A stretch of 62,070 bases of DNA, the filler included, from Circinaria calcarea (Eukaryota): the NCBI GenBank assembly GCA_051942165.1. It is 22 parts of 22 records of this genome, joined end to end, with 100 filler letters (N's around TTAATTAATTAA, not from the genome) between each part and the next. Parts side by side here need not be neighbours in the genome. Positions count along the whole stretch, not along the records: positions 11,353 to 14,086 come from JAVECS010003292.1; positions 14,187 to 16,919 come from JAVECS010003293.1; positions 17,020 to 19,749 come from JAVECS010003294.1; positions 19,850 to 22,578 come from JAVECS010003295.1; positions 22,679 to 25,407 come from JAVECS010003296.1; 17 more parts are not named here. One strand, given 5' to 3'. Positions 13,019 to 24,800 of the stretch are shown here, one piece after another (the stretch's first letter is position 1; every line of letters starts with the position of its first letter). A program made the position numbers and the translations under genes. Under the pieces are notes generated by a model that was given only the letters and a program-made list of their open reading frames with translations, had not been told where the DNA came from and searched no databases.

Positions 13019-14086
13019 CTACTGATCCCCGCCGAGCAATAACCTCTCGCAGAAACTACCGAATTCCCTTTTCGTCGTATCCTCAACATCGTGCTCTATC
13101 TTCACATTGTACTTCCGCTTGTACTCCACTTTCACCCTTTCCAGATGTTTCGGCTCCCAGTGGAACCTTACGAGCCGGGAGATCAATAGCTCGGCACGGT
13201 CTTTGGAAGTTTCTGCAAGAGCTTGGTGAAGGAGCATGGCATCGCGGACAGGTCGGTTGAGAACGCCGTTGAGGATATGGGCAAGCGTTTCGCCCTGATA
13301 CGCAATGTCAGCTTCGGGAAAGGGGGGAATACTGAGAACAGGACGTACCACTAGGTTCCTTGACTTTTGAATCATTTCTCTCGCAAAGTTCTTTCTATAC
13401 GTTGCTTCGTAGAATCGCAGGACTTCTCGCATATGCGTGTCGTTACGTACAACCACAATATTGATCATCGCCGTCTCTCCACCTTCGTTCGATGTCAAGG
13501 CTTTGTGTAGGTCAAACACGTCCCTCCGAATCAGATCATTGGAGATTGGGGCATTTTCCTCCATCTTCTTCTCCTCCAACGCGAGAAGGACCGCGTTGCG
13601 GAACTTGTCCTTCTTTAACTCCGTCTCCATGCACTTTACCAAACTATCATTATACCGCTTGTCACTGAACGCCTCCTTGATAGCCCGGATTTCAGAGTTG
13701 GTTCTCCCCATCAAACTCTCGATGAGCAACTCCCGCCTCGAGGTACCAGATTGGTACCAAAAGTTTGCCCAGTGAGCTTCGCTCTCCCACCGACCGAGAG
13801 CAGTGGCATAAGCAATCTTTCCAAGGCTACCTGGAACCTTCATCTTGATGTGTTTAGCAATGTTGATTCCTTTGCCGCCAACTTTGATGTGTTTCTTGTA
13901 TTCTGCGCGAATTGCCATGATATGGTTATGGGATCTGACAGGCAGGATTGAGACAATCGGTTTGGGATCGGGATTAGTATGCTTAAGGGCAGAAGCAAGC
14001 GCAAGCGCATCAGGCTCCGGATCGTATATAACAACCCTTTTCTTCAGGATAGATTTCCTTGGCTTACGACGTTGAGAGTCATCAGA
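13019..14086 (-). CDS. ANXC4: Fungal annexin ANXC4-like protein, 5'-partial; intron 13295-13348
   Basis: YATALGRWESEAHWANFWYQSG..RRELLIESLMGRTN, GETLAHILNG.LNRPVRDA.LLHQAL, LISRLVRFHWE. Confidence 0.85.
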   Translation of the reverse strand, partial: SDDSQRRKPRKSILKKRVVIYDPEPDALALASALKHTNPDPKPIVSILPVRSHNHIMAIRAEYKKHIKVGGKGINIAKHIKMKVPGSLGKIAYATALGRWESEAHWANFWYQSGTSRRELLIESLMGRTNSEIRAIKEAFSDKRYNDSLVKCMETELKKDKFRNAVLLALEEKKMEENAPISNDLIRRDVFDLHKALTSNEGGETAMINIVVVRNDTHMREVLRFYEATYRKNFAREMIQKSRNLVVRPVLSIPPFPEADIAYQGETLAHILNGVLNRPVRDAMLLHQALAETSKDRAELLISRLVRFHWEPKHLERVKVEYKRKYNVKIEHDVEDTTKREFGSFCERLLLGGDQ

Positions 14087-14630
14087 NNNNNNNNNNNNNN
14101 NNNNNNNNNNNNNNNNNNNNNNNNNNNNNNTTAATTAATTAANNNNNNNNNNNNNNNNNNNNNNNNNNNNNNNNNNNNNNNNNNNNATTCTGAACAAGAT
14201 CACATTTGGTTCATAAAATTTGCCAAGCCGACTTTCTGCAAACCGTCCTCAATTTATTTCGTAGGTCTTGGAGCACGCCCGCACCTCCGCGGACCCCAAT
14301 GGACCCCCTCCAGCGAGAGGAACTAGCCCTCGCCGATCTCCAGGAATGGAATGAGCTGAACGCCAGGGAGATGTCCCCAGTAACGCCGCGTCTAAATCCA
14401 TCAACACCGGAGGGATATTGCAGTAGCAGCGAGGTCTTCAGCAATCGACCATCAGGATGGGTAGACATCCAGAGGGATTTCACGGGGTATAACCGCCACT
14501 GATAATCCCTTCCATCAGACTGTTAGCCGAACTCTGTACAGTTCAATTGTACAGAGTTCGCCGCCAAGCCACGTCCGCCGCCAAGCCTTTGGCCAGCCTG
14601 TACGCGTCCCCAACAAGCACTATAGGCAGT

Positions 14631-16919
14631 ATGGACAGATTCAAAATACTCACCTACAACTGCGCGAAGAAGTACGAGGTGATGGTCCAACTCTTCGCCG
14701 AACATGCTGATATCTCTTCCTACGCGGTGATGCTGGTTCAGGAGCCCTACCGCAACAATATCAACACGCCAAACTGTACGGCCCACTGCCCCGGAGAGAG
14801 CAATTTCCATCTCCAGTACTACAACAGTCCCACAACCAGAACATGTATATACATCAATAAGAGTATACCGAAGAAGGATTGGACGTGGGAGCCTCTCTCC
14901 GAGGATATCTGCAAGCTGGAGATCTCGTTAAGTACGGGCGGTGAAACAACGAAGATGATCCTGCATAATGTCTACAATCCCGTTGGAACCGGAGATTTCT
15001 CCATGCTCGCGGCATCACTCGCGAGCTACCCCCAGGGCACAAATCACATCATTGCAGGAGACTTCAACATTCACCACAGCTTATGGGGCGGCTCGCATAT
15101 CAAGAACAGCAGTGAAGCCGATGAACTGATAGGCATCATTCTCGAACACGATCTGCAATCGTTGATGCCTGTAGGGATCACCACAAGATCACAGGGGAGC
15201 CAGGAATCTACTCTGGATCTAGTCCTGGCAAGCACAGCGGTCGCCGACAGGCTCATCAGAACGGAGGTCTTAGGTAAGGTAGAGAGCCTAGAATTCGGGT
15301 CTGATCATTACCCTCTCAGCGCTACATTCGACGTCGGTTGGGTAGAAAACAAACCCCAACCCCGTCATGACTGGGATAAGGCCCTCGAGCCCGCGTTCGG
15401 CCAGAAACTGTCAGAGCACCTATCGAACCTTCCCTCACCCACTATCCCACAAACCACGGAGCAGCTTGAAGCCCTGATCCTAGGTCTCATGACAGCCGTC
15501 CACAATACCATTGTAGACACAGTCCCCAGGGTCGTCATCACAGAGAGATCCGTCAAAGGGTTCTCTCAAGAGACAAAGAGAATGTCTAAGCAAGCCAGAA
15601 ACCTCCGTAAACGCTCCAAGACCCTCCTTCAGGCAGGTAACATTGATCTAGCAACATTCAACAAGATGCAGCGCCAGCGCAGAAGGCTCTTGGACAGGGT
15701 CAAGAAGGCGGTGAAGACGGAAAAGAAACAGGCCCACCGCCAACGCATCAGCAGAGCTACAGGGGATATGGCCGCCGTTTACAAGCTAGCGAGATGGGCA
15801 AAAAGAAGGGGTGAGCCTCTCCAACCCAAGACGCCGCCGCTCCGAAACGCGAATGGTGCTTTGGCAACAAAGCCTGAAGAACAGGCACAAGTCCTCGCCG
15901 ACTGCTTCTATAAGGAACCTATAGAAGCAGATCTCAGCGATATCCAGGATCCAATCTACCCCGAACCACTCCCCGTGGAGGGGATCACCCATCATGAGAT
16001 CAAGACCGCGGTTGAGGAAAGCGCGAGCAAGAAGAGCCCGGGGCCAGACGGCATCCCAAACGAAATCATCAAGAGAGCCTACCCGCTGATCAAAGGACAT
16101 CTGTACGCCATCTATAACGGGTGCCTCAAGCTCGGTCACTGCCCACAATCCTTCAGAGAATCAATCACGGTGGTACTGCGGAAAGCCAACAAAAAGGATT
16201 ACTCATTGCCGAAATCCTACAGACCAATCTCACTGTTGAACACAACGGGTAAGATTCTGGAGGCCATAGTGGCGAAGAGGCTTAGCTACCTAGCGGAGGA
16301 GCACAACCTCCTCCCCGACAACCACTATGGGGGCAGGAAGGGTATCTCGGTTGAGCATGCCCTGCACGCACTCGTCACCAAGGTCCACGATGCCTGGAAG
16401 AGAGGCCAGGTGGCCAGCCTCCTGCTCCTAGACGTGTCAGGGGCGTATGACAACGTACAGCTGGCAAGGCTACGTCACAACTTACAGGAAAGGAAGATAG
16501 GGGGCGATCTGTTGAACTACATAACCAGCTTCATGCAGGGCAGAAGTACGCGCATCAGGATGCCTGAACATGAGACGGACCTCTTCGATTGCATCATGGG
16601 CATCCCTCAAGGCTCCCCACTATCCCCAATCCTATGGTTATACTACAGTTCCCCGCTACTGGAAAGGGCACACTACCCCGACCAGGGCGTAACGCTCTCA
16701 GGATGGGTGGATGACACTTCCATCCTGACGACAGGAGACACCCTGGAGGAGACAGCGATGGCCCTCCAGCAAGCCCATAAGACCTGTACCGAATGGGCCG
16801 AGCAGTCCGGAATAAATTTTTCAGTTTAAAAGTATCAGCTGCTGCACTTCTATCCCGTAAGAAAGAAGAAAATAGAAAAAAACGCCCCCGTGTTCATTAA
16901 TAATCAGATTATCCGATCC
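14631..16919 (+). mobile_element. Tad1-like non-LTR retrotransposon (LINE) ORF2: APE endonuclease plus reverse transcriptase, truncated by the contig end
   Basis: APE motifs VQEPY, NVYNP, GDFNIHH, TLDL, SDHYP. RT motifs KSPGPDGI, YRPISLLN, LLDVSGAYDNV, GIPQGSPLSP, WVDD. In-frame TAA at 16827-16829, then KYQLLHF continues. Confidence 0.95.
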
Positions 16920-17699
16920 NNNNNNNNNNNNNNNNNNNNNNNNNNNNNNNNNNNNNNNNNNNNTTAATTAATTAANNNNNNNNNNNNNNNNNNNNNNNNN
17001 NNNNNNNNNNNNNNNNNNNACCCCGACCGCGAGCACCCCCCCCGGCCGCCTCGACCACCGCGTGTCAAACCGCCGTCTCGGACGGCCTGGCGCCATTGCT
17101 GGCGCATTAGTGAACACTATTAAACTTTAGCAAATATATCAATAACTCCAATAGTACATCATTATGGCCATTTTCGTCGTGGTGAAAGGCAGAGGAGCCG
17201 GCCGCAACTGAAATGTCCATCGAAGGGACAGTCCATGCCCTAAATCAAGGGCGTACGAGGACTTTGGGACGACCGTTGGCTTATCCAACAGAGGCGATAT
17301 CTTTTGCGGGTCCACACGCGCAACGGCAGGCTGCTTCGGGTTACTGGCTCGATATAACATAAAATTATATCTAAACACCTCCAATATCGCTGGCAAACAC
17401 AAGAAAGCTTATCACTCGCGAGTTGAATAGACCTTGCTGGACTGTGACTGCATTCAGTAGAGTCCACTTTAACGAGTACTAACTGCTTCTACCTTTCTTC
17501 AAAGGAAAGGCCATTGGTCATTACCCATAGTAAGGTTTAATAGAGTGTCGTATAGGAGTAATTAATAATATGCAAGGTGTTCTGCTTTCTGAAATTCTGA
17601 TGTTTTAGAATAACAACCGACCAAGAGCTGTGACCTAGCGAACGTTCTCCAACCTAGCGTAAGCTTAGGAATCGAAGAATCGTACTATGTTACATAGGG

Positions 17700-18400
17700 A
17701 AGTTTGCTCCATTATGCCTGAACTCTCAATACAAAAGAAAATAATGGTCCCACCCGCAAGGGGTTACTTGTCCCTGATATCACGTAAAAATATAAGCCTT
17801 ATCAGGGTCCCTCCGGCTGTGACTTGCTATCACGGGGAGCTCATCTTACCACTGAATACTTAGGTCGAAACTATTTAAGATCCTTTTATCTTGATATATC
17901 TTACCAGGCCGCTAGGACTCTTGCATAAACGTCTCGTATTAGTACAACTACAGACCGTAGATATTATACAGAGGTAAAGATCTCTCGAGTAGGTACTGTC
18001 TTTAAGGCCTTTAGAATTCACTTTTTTATTTCCTCGCTTTTTTCCCTTCCAGAACTTTCTTTTTCCGCAGATGACTCCTCCGTAACACCTAATAAAAGAT
18101 AAAGATCTCGTGACGTACGCAACACCACGGTCAGGCTCTCCCGGAGGGTGGGAAGTTCCTTAGAATCAGGATCATTTAAAAAAACGATCATGAAAAAAAC
18201 CTTAACGGCTTGTATATTTGCTCTATCAGGGGAAGGATCACTGATAGATTAATAACCCGAGTCTCCGTAGTAGGGCCGGGGGCGACGGCGGAACCAGGGG
18301 CGAAGGTAGGGCCAGGGGCAACAGCAGGGCCAGGGGCGGCGGCAGAGGTCGAGGCCGCGGAAGGTGGTGGTACACCACTGCAAGATCCGTAAGAGATCAG
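17700..18400 (-). pseudogene. Unidentified degenerate coding relic
   Basis: Protein-like stretches broken by many TAA/TAG stops, with an Ala/Pro/Gly repeat at 18270-18360. No family recognised. Confidence 0.3.
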
Positions 18401-18442
18401 TCAATAAGGCTAAGCGATAGGACTGGAAGTCTTACGAAGGGC

Positions 18443-19400
18443 CCCATGACACTAGCCACCATTACGGGTATATTCGGCACATTTGGAACGTCCCGGCGCA
18501 AAGAAACACCCTTCAAAAGTCCTTTCGCCAATAACACTGGCACAACAGTCGCACGGCAACGCCGCTATATCCCCCCTCTCGACAATAAGCACCGCTTGGC
18601 GATATTGTTCGCATACCCCGAAAAGCAAACAATTCTTTGATGTCAAGACATCGTAGACTTGCAAACCGTTCTAGTACTCCGCTTGTCATCCATTGAGGTA
18701 AAATACAGCGTACGCGGCGTAACTCAATCCTTTTCACAGCGGCAGGTGTTCCATCCTAGGCGGTGTAATCGTGTAGAGATTTCATAGATTCAACGCGAGC
18801 GGAGGACCAGCAAACCCGAATTCGCGATTCCATCCATATGACCATTGCAAAGGTTGGCTTTGAGCATAGTAGTGGGCTTTGAAATGTATTTACTGTTGGT
18901 ATCGATCCCCACCGTAGGTGGGACTTTCTTCCGTCTTATAGGAATATTCCTTTGAAATTAAAGACTCGGCGGGCTTTCCAACATTCTTGAAAATGGCTCG
19001 CAATAAACATTGCGTGAATCAGGTCCAGTCTGCTCATCATGTTTCAAAACCCAGGTATTGCACATTAGTCGTGCCCGATTGCAGGGCTTTGGATATCCAT
19101 CGATGATTTCGCGCAAATCCGCCAACCCGCCATCCATCTGAGCGCAGTATAGAGCGACGTCTCTTTCAGCTATTCCCAGTCATGAGTCGAGTCGCTTGTG
19201 ATCTTTGTTATCTTCAAGTTCTACTTTGACGAATGACTAAGTTGGCTCTCATATTCCAAAGTCGTCAGTACCTCCTCCAACTCCTTCTGTTTATTTGACC
19301 CGACAGCGGCCCCATTGAGACAAGTTTCTCTCGCGACTGTAGATCCTGTAGTGCCATGAGCTCATCCCTCTTAAACGTCAAGCTTTCTGGGCTAAGGATA
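18443..19400 (-). pseudogene. Degenerate gene with an upstream coiled coil and a C-terminal Cys-rich DUF3716-like domain
   Basis: RQAVLIVERGDIAALPCDCC...FEGCFFAPGRSKCAEYTRNGG*CH, with several stops and frameshifts upstream. Confidence 0.45.
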
Positions 19401-20679
19401 TGTCATTTGACATTTTCTCCACACCTTGCTAATGAGATCTATGTTAGTTATGGAGAGCGGTTACAAAGGTTGGATCATCTCCTGGGTCTTATAAACTCCC
19501 ACCGTTGTTCGTCTTTTTTATCATGTTAAAATTCCGACCATTTTGATTACCTCCATAGCGAGACCCCATAGAAGAGGGGCGTGTAAATTTTTCCAACCGA
19601 ATGTTGCTCTATACGGTTTTCCTGCCTAGGTGAAGGCACCATTTCCCTTGTGCAGTAACACATCGGCATCGCTGTGAAAGGGACCCATTCCCGAACACAT
19701 AGATTGTTGCCAAACACGGCCCGTAATTCTGTCATAGCATATAATGAATNNNNNNNNNNNNNNNNNNNNNNNNNNNNNNNNNNNNNNNNNNNNTTAATTA
19801 ATTAANNNNNNNNNNNNNNNNNNNNNNNNNNNNNNNNNNNNNNNNNNNNCCCCCCCTCCCCCTCCTTTTTTTCCAAAATCTACTAGCAAATGAATTTCGG
19901 TTCCCGCGTTACGGGGGCAGCTATTCGCTTCCGTAATCCCCTTTTTTTTAAGAGAGCTACCATTACTTTTCGTTTCAACAAATCTCACCAATCCATGCGC
20001 TACATCGATCGGTCTCAGCTGCGGGCTGCCGTGAAACAGCGCCTAGCAGCCAGCACTGGAGCTGCACTGGAAGTGAAGATGGAAATGTAAACTGGAGGCG
20101 CCGGCCGGGTGTATTAAGAATGTATGGGCGGGCAGGCAGGCAGGCAGGCAGGAAGGGGGAAGAGAGTGTAGAAGTTTAGAACAATGGTGCCGGTATAGTG
20201 AAACTGGAAAGATTCAGGTTGCCTCGCTCTACATGAGAGAGATTGGAGCTGGGATAGGTCAGGGGGGTTTTTACGTTGTGAGGTATATAGCCCGAGCGGT
20301 ATCGATGCGGTGTGAATCAGTTATGTTGGGATAGAAATGGTGTCGACTTGCAAGGGCTTGGGGGGAATCGGTGTGGGAGAGGAGGGCGCCGCTAGAGATG
20401 TGTGCTAATAACCATCCGGATGGGTAGTTTCTCCATGGATCGTGGAATTGCAATGCCGCCTCGGTGCGACAGGGCTGGCTATGCGAGCGGGCAATTGCTT
20501 CTGATTTAATGTGGCCGGAGATTGTACATTGTGATTATCCCAAACAGGGAGGCTGATACACGGGGTATCAGGGTAGGGTAGAAAGCCAATCAACAGGGGC
20601 GGGGACACAAAGGCTCACAGAATTCTGGACATCTTTGATGAGATAAATATCACTTTCGAAATTGGATCCAAGGCCTCAT

Positions 20680-21740
20680 CTAAATCCTAGCTTTGTACCA
20701 CACCGCGGCCCAAATTTCACATCTGGATGTTATCTGAATCCTCACCTGAATGATGATCCGGCTCCCAGTATCGTCGACTGTACATCTCCTCCATCCTCCG
20801 CTGCTTCTCCCTCCTGCTTCCCACTCGTAATAATTCTCCTCACCGGCTGGACGAAGCAGTCGCTTCGTCAAGGAATTTGCAAGTACCTTCTTTTCCTGAT
20901 TGCTCCATCGGGGATCTCGCCTGGTATCACAAGGTTCCGCGGACCGTGTCTGATAGTAATGATCCACGCTGGATTCACCGGTTTGCTCCACCCGGATATA
21001 TAGCTCCCGCAAACCGGTCGGCGTTCAGATAAGCGTCAAATTAAGCACAGTATTTCATTCCCCTTGTTTATAAGAGTTCAATTACACGGCTAAGTGAAGC
21101 TTTCGCAGGAGCTTTCTCTGCATGCTGTTGAGAGTGCAGAACAATGCACGAAGGGTATCCGGATTGCTGAATGCAATCCTATCTGTGGAACATAAAATCG
21201 GCATGGCCTCGGCGTAGATTCGGCGGCAGCTGCGGAGGACAGTGAGCCGCACCTTGTCCTCTTTGGCGCCTGGCGATCCATGTTGCTCTGAGTTGAACAT
21301 TCTTTTCCGCGAACGTTCGCTATTGCGCCGCCATCTTTTGTGACTGCTCTAATGCTAATCGTCTTAGATCACGCTCGTCTAGGGCAATGTTTTTCAATAA
21401 CAATCCACCGTGTCAGCAAAAATCTGGATCTAAACGGGGCATGAGTTGCTTTGTACAACGACGATGCAGTTTAGAACTGCTCTTGCAATTCTTGTACAAT
21501 TCCGTGGGTACACTGCTCGGAGCTTGACGAGTGATTGTAACAGATACTACCTTAGAGAGCTCGTAGGCTTTCGATTCAGACATTTGCGCATCGCAGCAGG
21601 TATGGCGCTATACGTAGTGGCCCACCTCGAGCATAAAGTCGTAACCATTTCTAAAATTCGTAGTCGAAGTATCTCAGATGGATTAACTATTATCCCAGAA
21701 CCGCTCTCCACATCTCATCCGGAGTCTTCTTAGCTGATAG
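20680..21740 (-). pseudogene. Pseudogene of a common fungal hypothetical family (LLRTCRQIYxEA type, DUF7730-like)
   Basis: DEMWRAVLG**LIHL ... LTVLRSCRRIYAEAMPILCSTDRIAF ... RWSNQEKKVLANSLTKRLLRPAG, with stops and frameshifts. Confidence 0.6.
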
Positions 21741-22301
21741 AGGAGAGACGACTCAAGCGAGTTCCGCTTGATGCTGTGTGTTCGCGTTAGTTTCAAGTCT
21801 TAAATGCAAGGTATGCACCTTGCCTTGCCCTTTTATTTAGCCGATAGAGCGTAAACCATTCTATATGGCTTTTGTTCTCGCGTCACGGTGTTGCTGCAAA
21901 AGGCTCATCACCTTTAGCGCCTGGGCGGCTGGCGCTGAGTCGTCGTCCAAGAAACGTTCTATTAACATATTCTTTGAACCATTTATGGGAAGAACCCGAC
22001 GCGGAAATAACGTCTAGTTATAGGGTAGGGCGTAAACAAAGCTATTAGTATACAGCGGTCGACTTCTTCGTTAAATTAGTAGTGATTTGATATCCAGTAC
22101 TATTTATAATGGGTGGCGAAAACTAGAAGGATTGTTTGGGGTTAATTCCGGTTGATTATCCTTTTACGCATGACAGGGCTTGAAAAGGTAGACCAACCGC
22201 AAATTCTAATCGACTGATGATCGTCCTGCTCGAATTTCTGGCCATTTATGAAATAGTCCTGGTATCCCAGCTAGATTGCTTGACGAATTAAGCCATTCAT
22301 A

Positions 22302-22578
22302 TCATACACTCAAAGCAAACCCTTCCTTCGACTCACTCAAGCCCAACACCCATCTCCCATCCTCGAACCCCTTTCTCCTCCTAACCCTGACCCTAACATC
22401 CCAATCCGGCGGTAAAACACTCGTGGCCAGGTTATTCCCTACCTGCGTCGGCAACTTCCACTCCCCTTCCACCGGTTCCATCTCGAACCTCATCACAAAC
22501 ATGGCCACCGTACTCAGGATTTCCGTCGTAGCAAAGTGTCTTCCGGGGCAGAGGGTCGTTCCGCCGCCGAAAGCGCGG
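22302..22578 (-). CDS. Cytochrome P450 C-terminus, 5'-partial
   Basis: Heme-binding motif AFGGGTTLCPGRHFA (FxxGxxxCxG) at the contig edge, open to the stop at 22302. Confidence 0.92.
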
Positions 22579-22712
22579 NNNNNNNNNNNNNNNNNNNNNN
22601 NNNNNNNNNNNNNNNNNNNNNNTTAATTAATTAANNNNNNNNNNNNNNNNNNNNNNNNNNNNNNNNNNNNNNNNNNNNTATATATACGCCCTGAGGCATC
22701 TTTTGGGAATCG

Positions 22713-24257
22713 CTAAGCCTTCTCTTTGCCTTTGCTCTGTGATGTATCTTCGTCATCGTGTCGAATGTGATCCTCTGGTAAGTTCCATTGGATTCCATAG
22801 TCTCCGCCAATGTCGGCCTGTTTGGGGATACCTCTGATTTCGGTCTCGCTGTGATCGCTATGCCCGTCATCCATTGAGATATCCGGGACATGAAGGCCAC
22901 CCTGGTGGCTTGATTCACTGTCTTGACCCTCACCCTGCTTGCCGTTGGTTCTTCTATTCTTAGTTACTCTCTTAACATCACTCCAGTATTCCAGATCCTT
23001 TACATGATCATCCGCCGCTCTCATTGCCGCAAGCAAGCTGTCCAATCGCCGCTGCTCTCTGTCATCTTCCGGATCCTCTTGCTCAAGGTGCTCTCGGCGA
23101 TGGCTGGTAGTGGAATCGAAAATGTTTTGCAATCGAGCGAGAAGCTGGCGGACCGATGTCTGATACATGAACATGCCCATGATTTCATCCATGTATTCTG
23201 GTAGGTAGTGTATATCGTCGTCTGCATGCTCCAAGAAGTTGTTGATCGCTTCAATTTTCTTCCGATCAACCGTGGTTTTCCTTAGTGCCTTCATGAGCGC
23301 TAAAATGTTGCTGATCTCCTCGTCCTCTTGTTCACTTCCAGCATCTATAGGCTGAGTTCCAAGATAGCTGGAGCGGTTGTTGGTAGATCCCTTGGCACTG
23401 GACTCTCTACTCCGGTCTCGCTTGGTGTGAATTGTAAAGTAATCAGCGTTGAGCATATGTGCATCGTTTATAGGACCCTTTGATCTTAGTCCAGAATTCG
23501 TTTTGACCCGCATCCGTAACCATCGTCTCCTTCTGACAAAGGAGTGAAACCATGGATGATTGCCATGCCATGCAAATCCCTGCCTAAAGCTGAACGAGTA
23601 TTCCCAGCCTTCTTCGTCCACATCATGCGACATGTCCACATACCACGACTTCCAAACCCAAATCCAAGTCGGATCCGGCACTTGGGCGTTTGTAATATTT
23701 ACTGGACTGTCCTTGAAGCCCGAGGTCTGCCATGGGGAGGGATCAAAATTGAGAAGAGACTTCGAGGAGTACAGTGGAATACCACAAAGGAAAGCCCCAC
23801 GCTGGTTTTCGTACAGTATATCCACCTCACGCTCCTGTTGCTTCCTGGCCTTTAGATCTTTCTTGCCAGCTCTGAAGGGTATCCTATCCCGTAATCGACC
23901 TTTTCGCGCAAGGACTTGCTCTACCTGGCCCCCGGTAGACTCGGACTTGCCCTGCCCATTTTCACCGCTGTCATCCACTCTGTTGGAGCGTTCATTCTCC
24001 TTGGTGTTGCCTTCTTGGTACTTCAAGTACTTTCGTCGAGCTAGCTCTTCCCTTAGTGCACCCTTTGTCCATCTTTTACTCAGGGTGCCTTCAGTAGTCC
24101 TCCTCGTGAGTGAATCAAGATCAGATTGAGATTCTGTTGACGGTAAGGACTGCTCTGCAGGAGGTTTGGTAGCATCAACCAGATCTATAGCATGGTCGTA
24201 TGTGTTTGTCTCGTCGAGATTGGCCTTCAAGGGGGAAATAATGCCGATGATGGACAT
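22713..24257 (-). CDS. mug65: Dysferlin/Pex24-domain protein, Mug65/Spo73-like
   Basis: 514-aa ORF with DILYENQRG, DPSPW, WYVDMSHDVDEEGWEYSF, SFVRRRRWLR. Start codon uncertain. Confidence 0.8.
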   Translation of the reverse strand: MSIIGIISPLKANLDETNTYDHAIDLVDATKPPAEQSLPSTESQSDLDSLTRRTTEGTLSKRWTKGALREELARRKYLKYQEGNTKENERSNRVDDSGENGQGKSESTGGQVEQVLARKGRLRDRIPFRAGKKDLKARKQQEREVDILYENQRGAFLCGIPLYSSKSLLNFDPSPWQTSGFKDSPVNITNAQVPDPTWIWVWKSWYVDMSHDVDEEGWEYSFSFRQGFAWHGNHPWFHSFVRRRRWLRMRVKTNSGLRSKGPINDAHMLNADYFTIHTKRDRSRESSAKGSTNNRSSYLGTQPIDAGSEQEDEEISNILALMKALRKTTVDRKKIEAINNFLEHADDDIHYLPEYMDEIMGMFMYQTSVRQLLARLQNIFDSTTSHRREHLEQEDPEDDREQRRLDSLLAAMRAADDHVKDLEYWSDVKRVTKNRRTNGKQGEGQDSESSHQGGLHVPDISMDDGHSDHSETEIRGIPKQADIGGDYGIQWNLPEDHIRHDDEDTSQSKGKEKA

Positions 24258-24644
24258 GTCTTCGATAGGTTCTCCGAGAACATTAGCGTGATGCTATGAC
24301 CGGTCTCGCATCGTGGTCATGTTGTAGATTGAGGCTGGCAGTAGCAAGTGTAATCCACTGCGAGACCAGGCAAAGTACAGTTTGCTAAGCCAAGGGTATC
24401 CTTCTCATGCAGTACATTCAATGATTAGGCTGCATGAATACGACGCATGAGCTAGAGTGGGAAAAGAATGAATATCGACAGACGACCTAAGCATATCTAC
24501 ATGATGAGCTCCTCAATCACAGCTCGTTAACGGAATAATCTCGACCCAGAAGCCGCCCGTTAATTGATTACCGCAATCCACCAGAAAAGGAATGGTCACA
24601 TCCGGAGGAAGCCCCTCAAAATATCTGGGCGGAAGATGGAGATC

Positions 24645-24652
24645 TGACGTCA
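24645..24652. promoter_or_regulatory. CRE/ATF-type palindrome TGACGTCA in a divergent intergenic region
   Basis: Exact consensus about 150 bp upstream of the ATG at 24801, with TATAAAA near 24745. Could be a chance match. Confidence 0.35.
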
Positions 24653-24800
24653 CCTGACTTACTCCGCGTGAACCTGCTTAGCGTCGTGTGGCTGGAAAAT
24701 AGAATGACATCTGAGAAACAATTACGTGCCTCGACAATTGCAGATATAAAATTCCGACCCATCAAACTTACCAGTTTTCAATTAGCTAAACTCCCACTTA

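Noticed and set aside
16705..16716. WVDD instead of YADD in the RT active site
   Set aside because: Variation at the first two positions is common in fungal Tad1-like RTs, and both catalytic Asp are kept.
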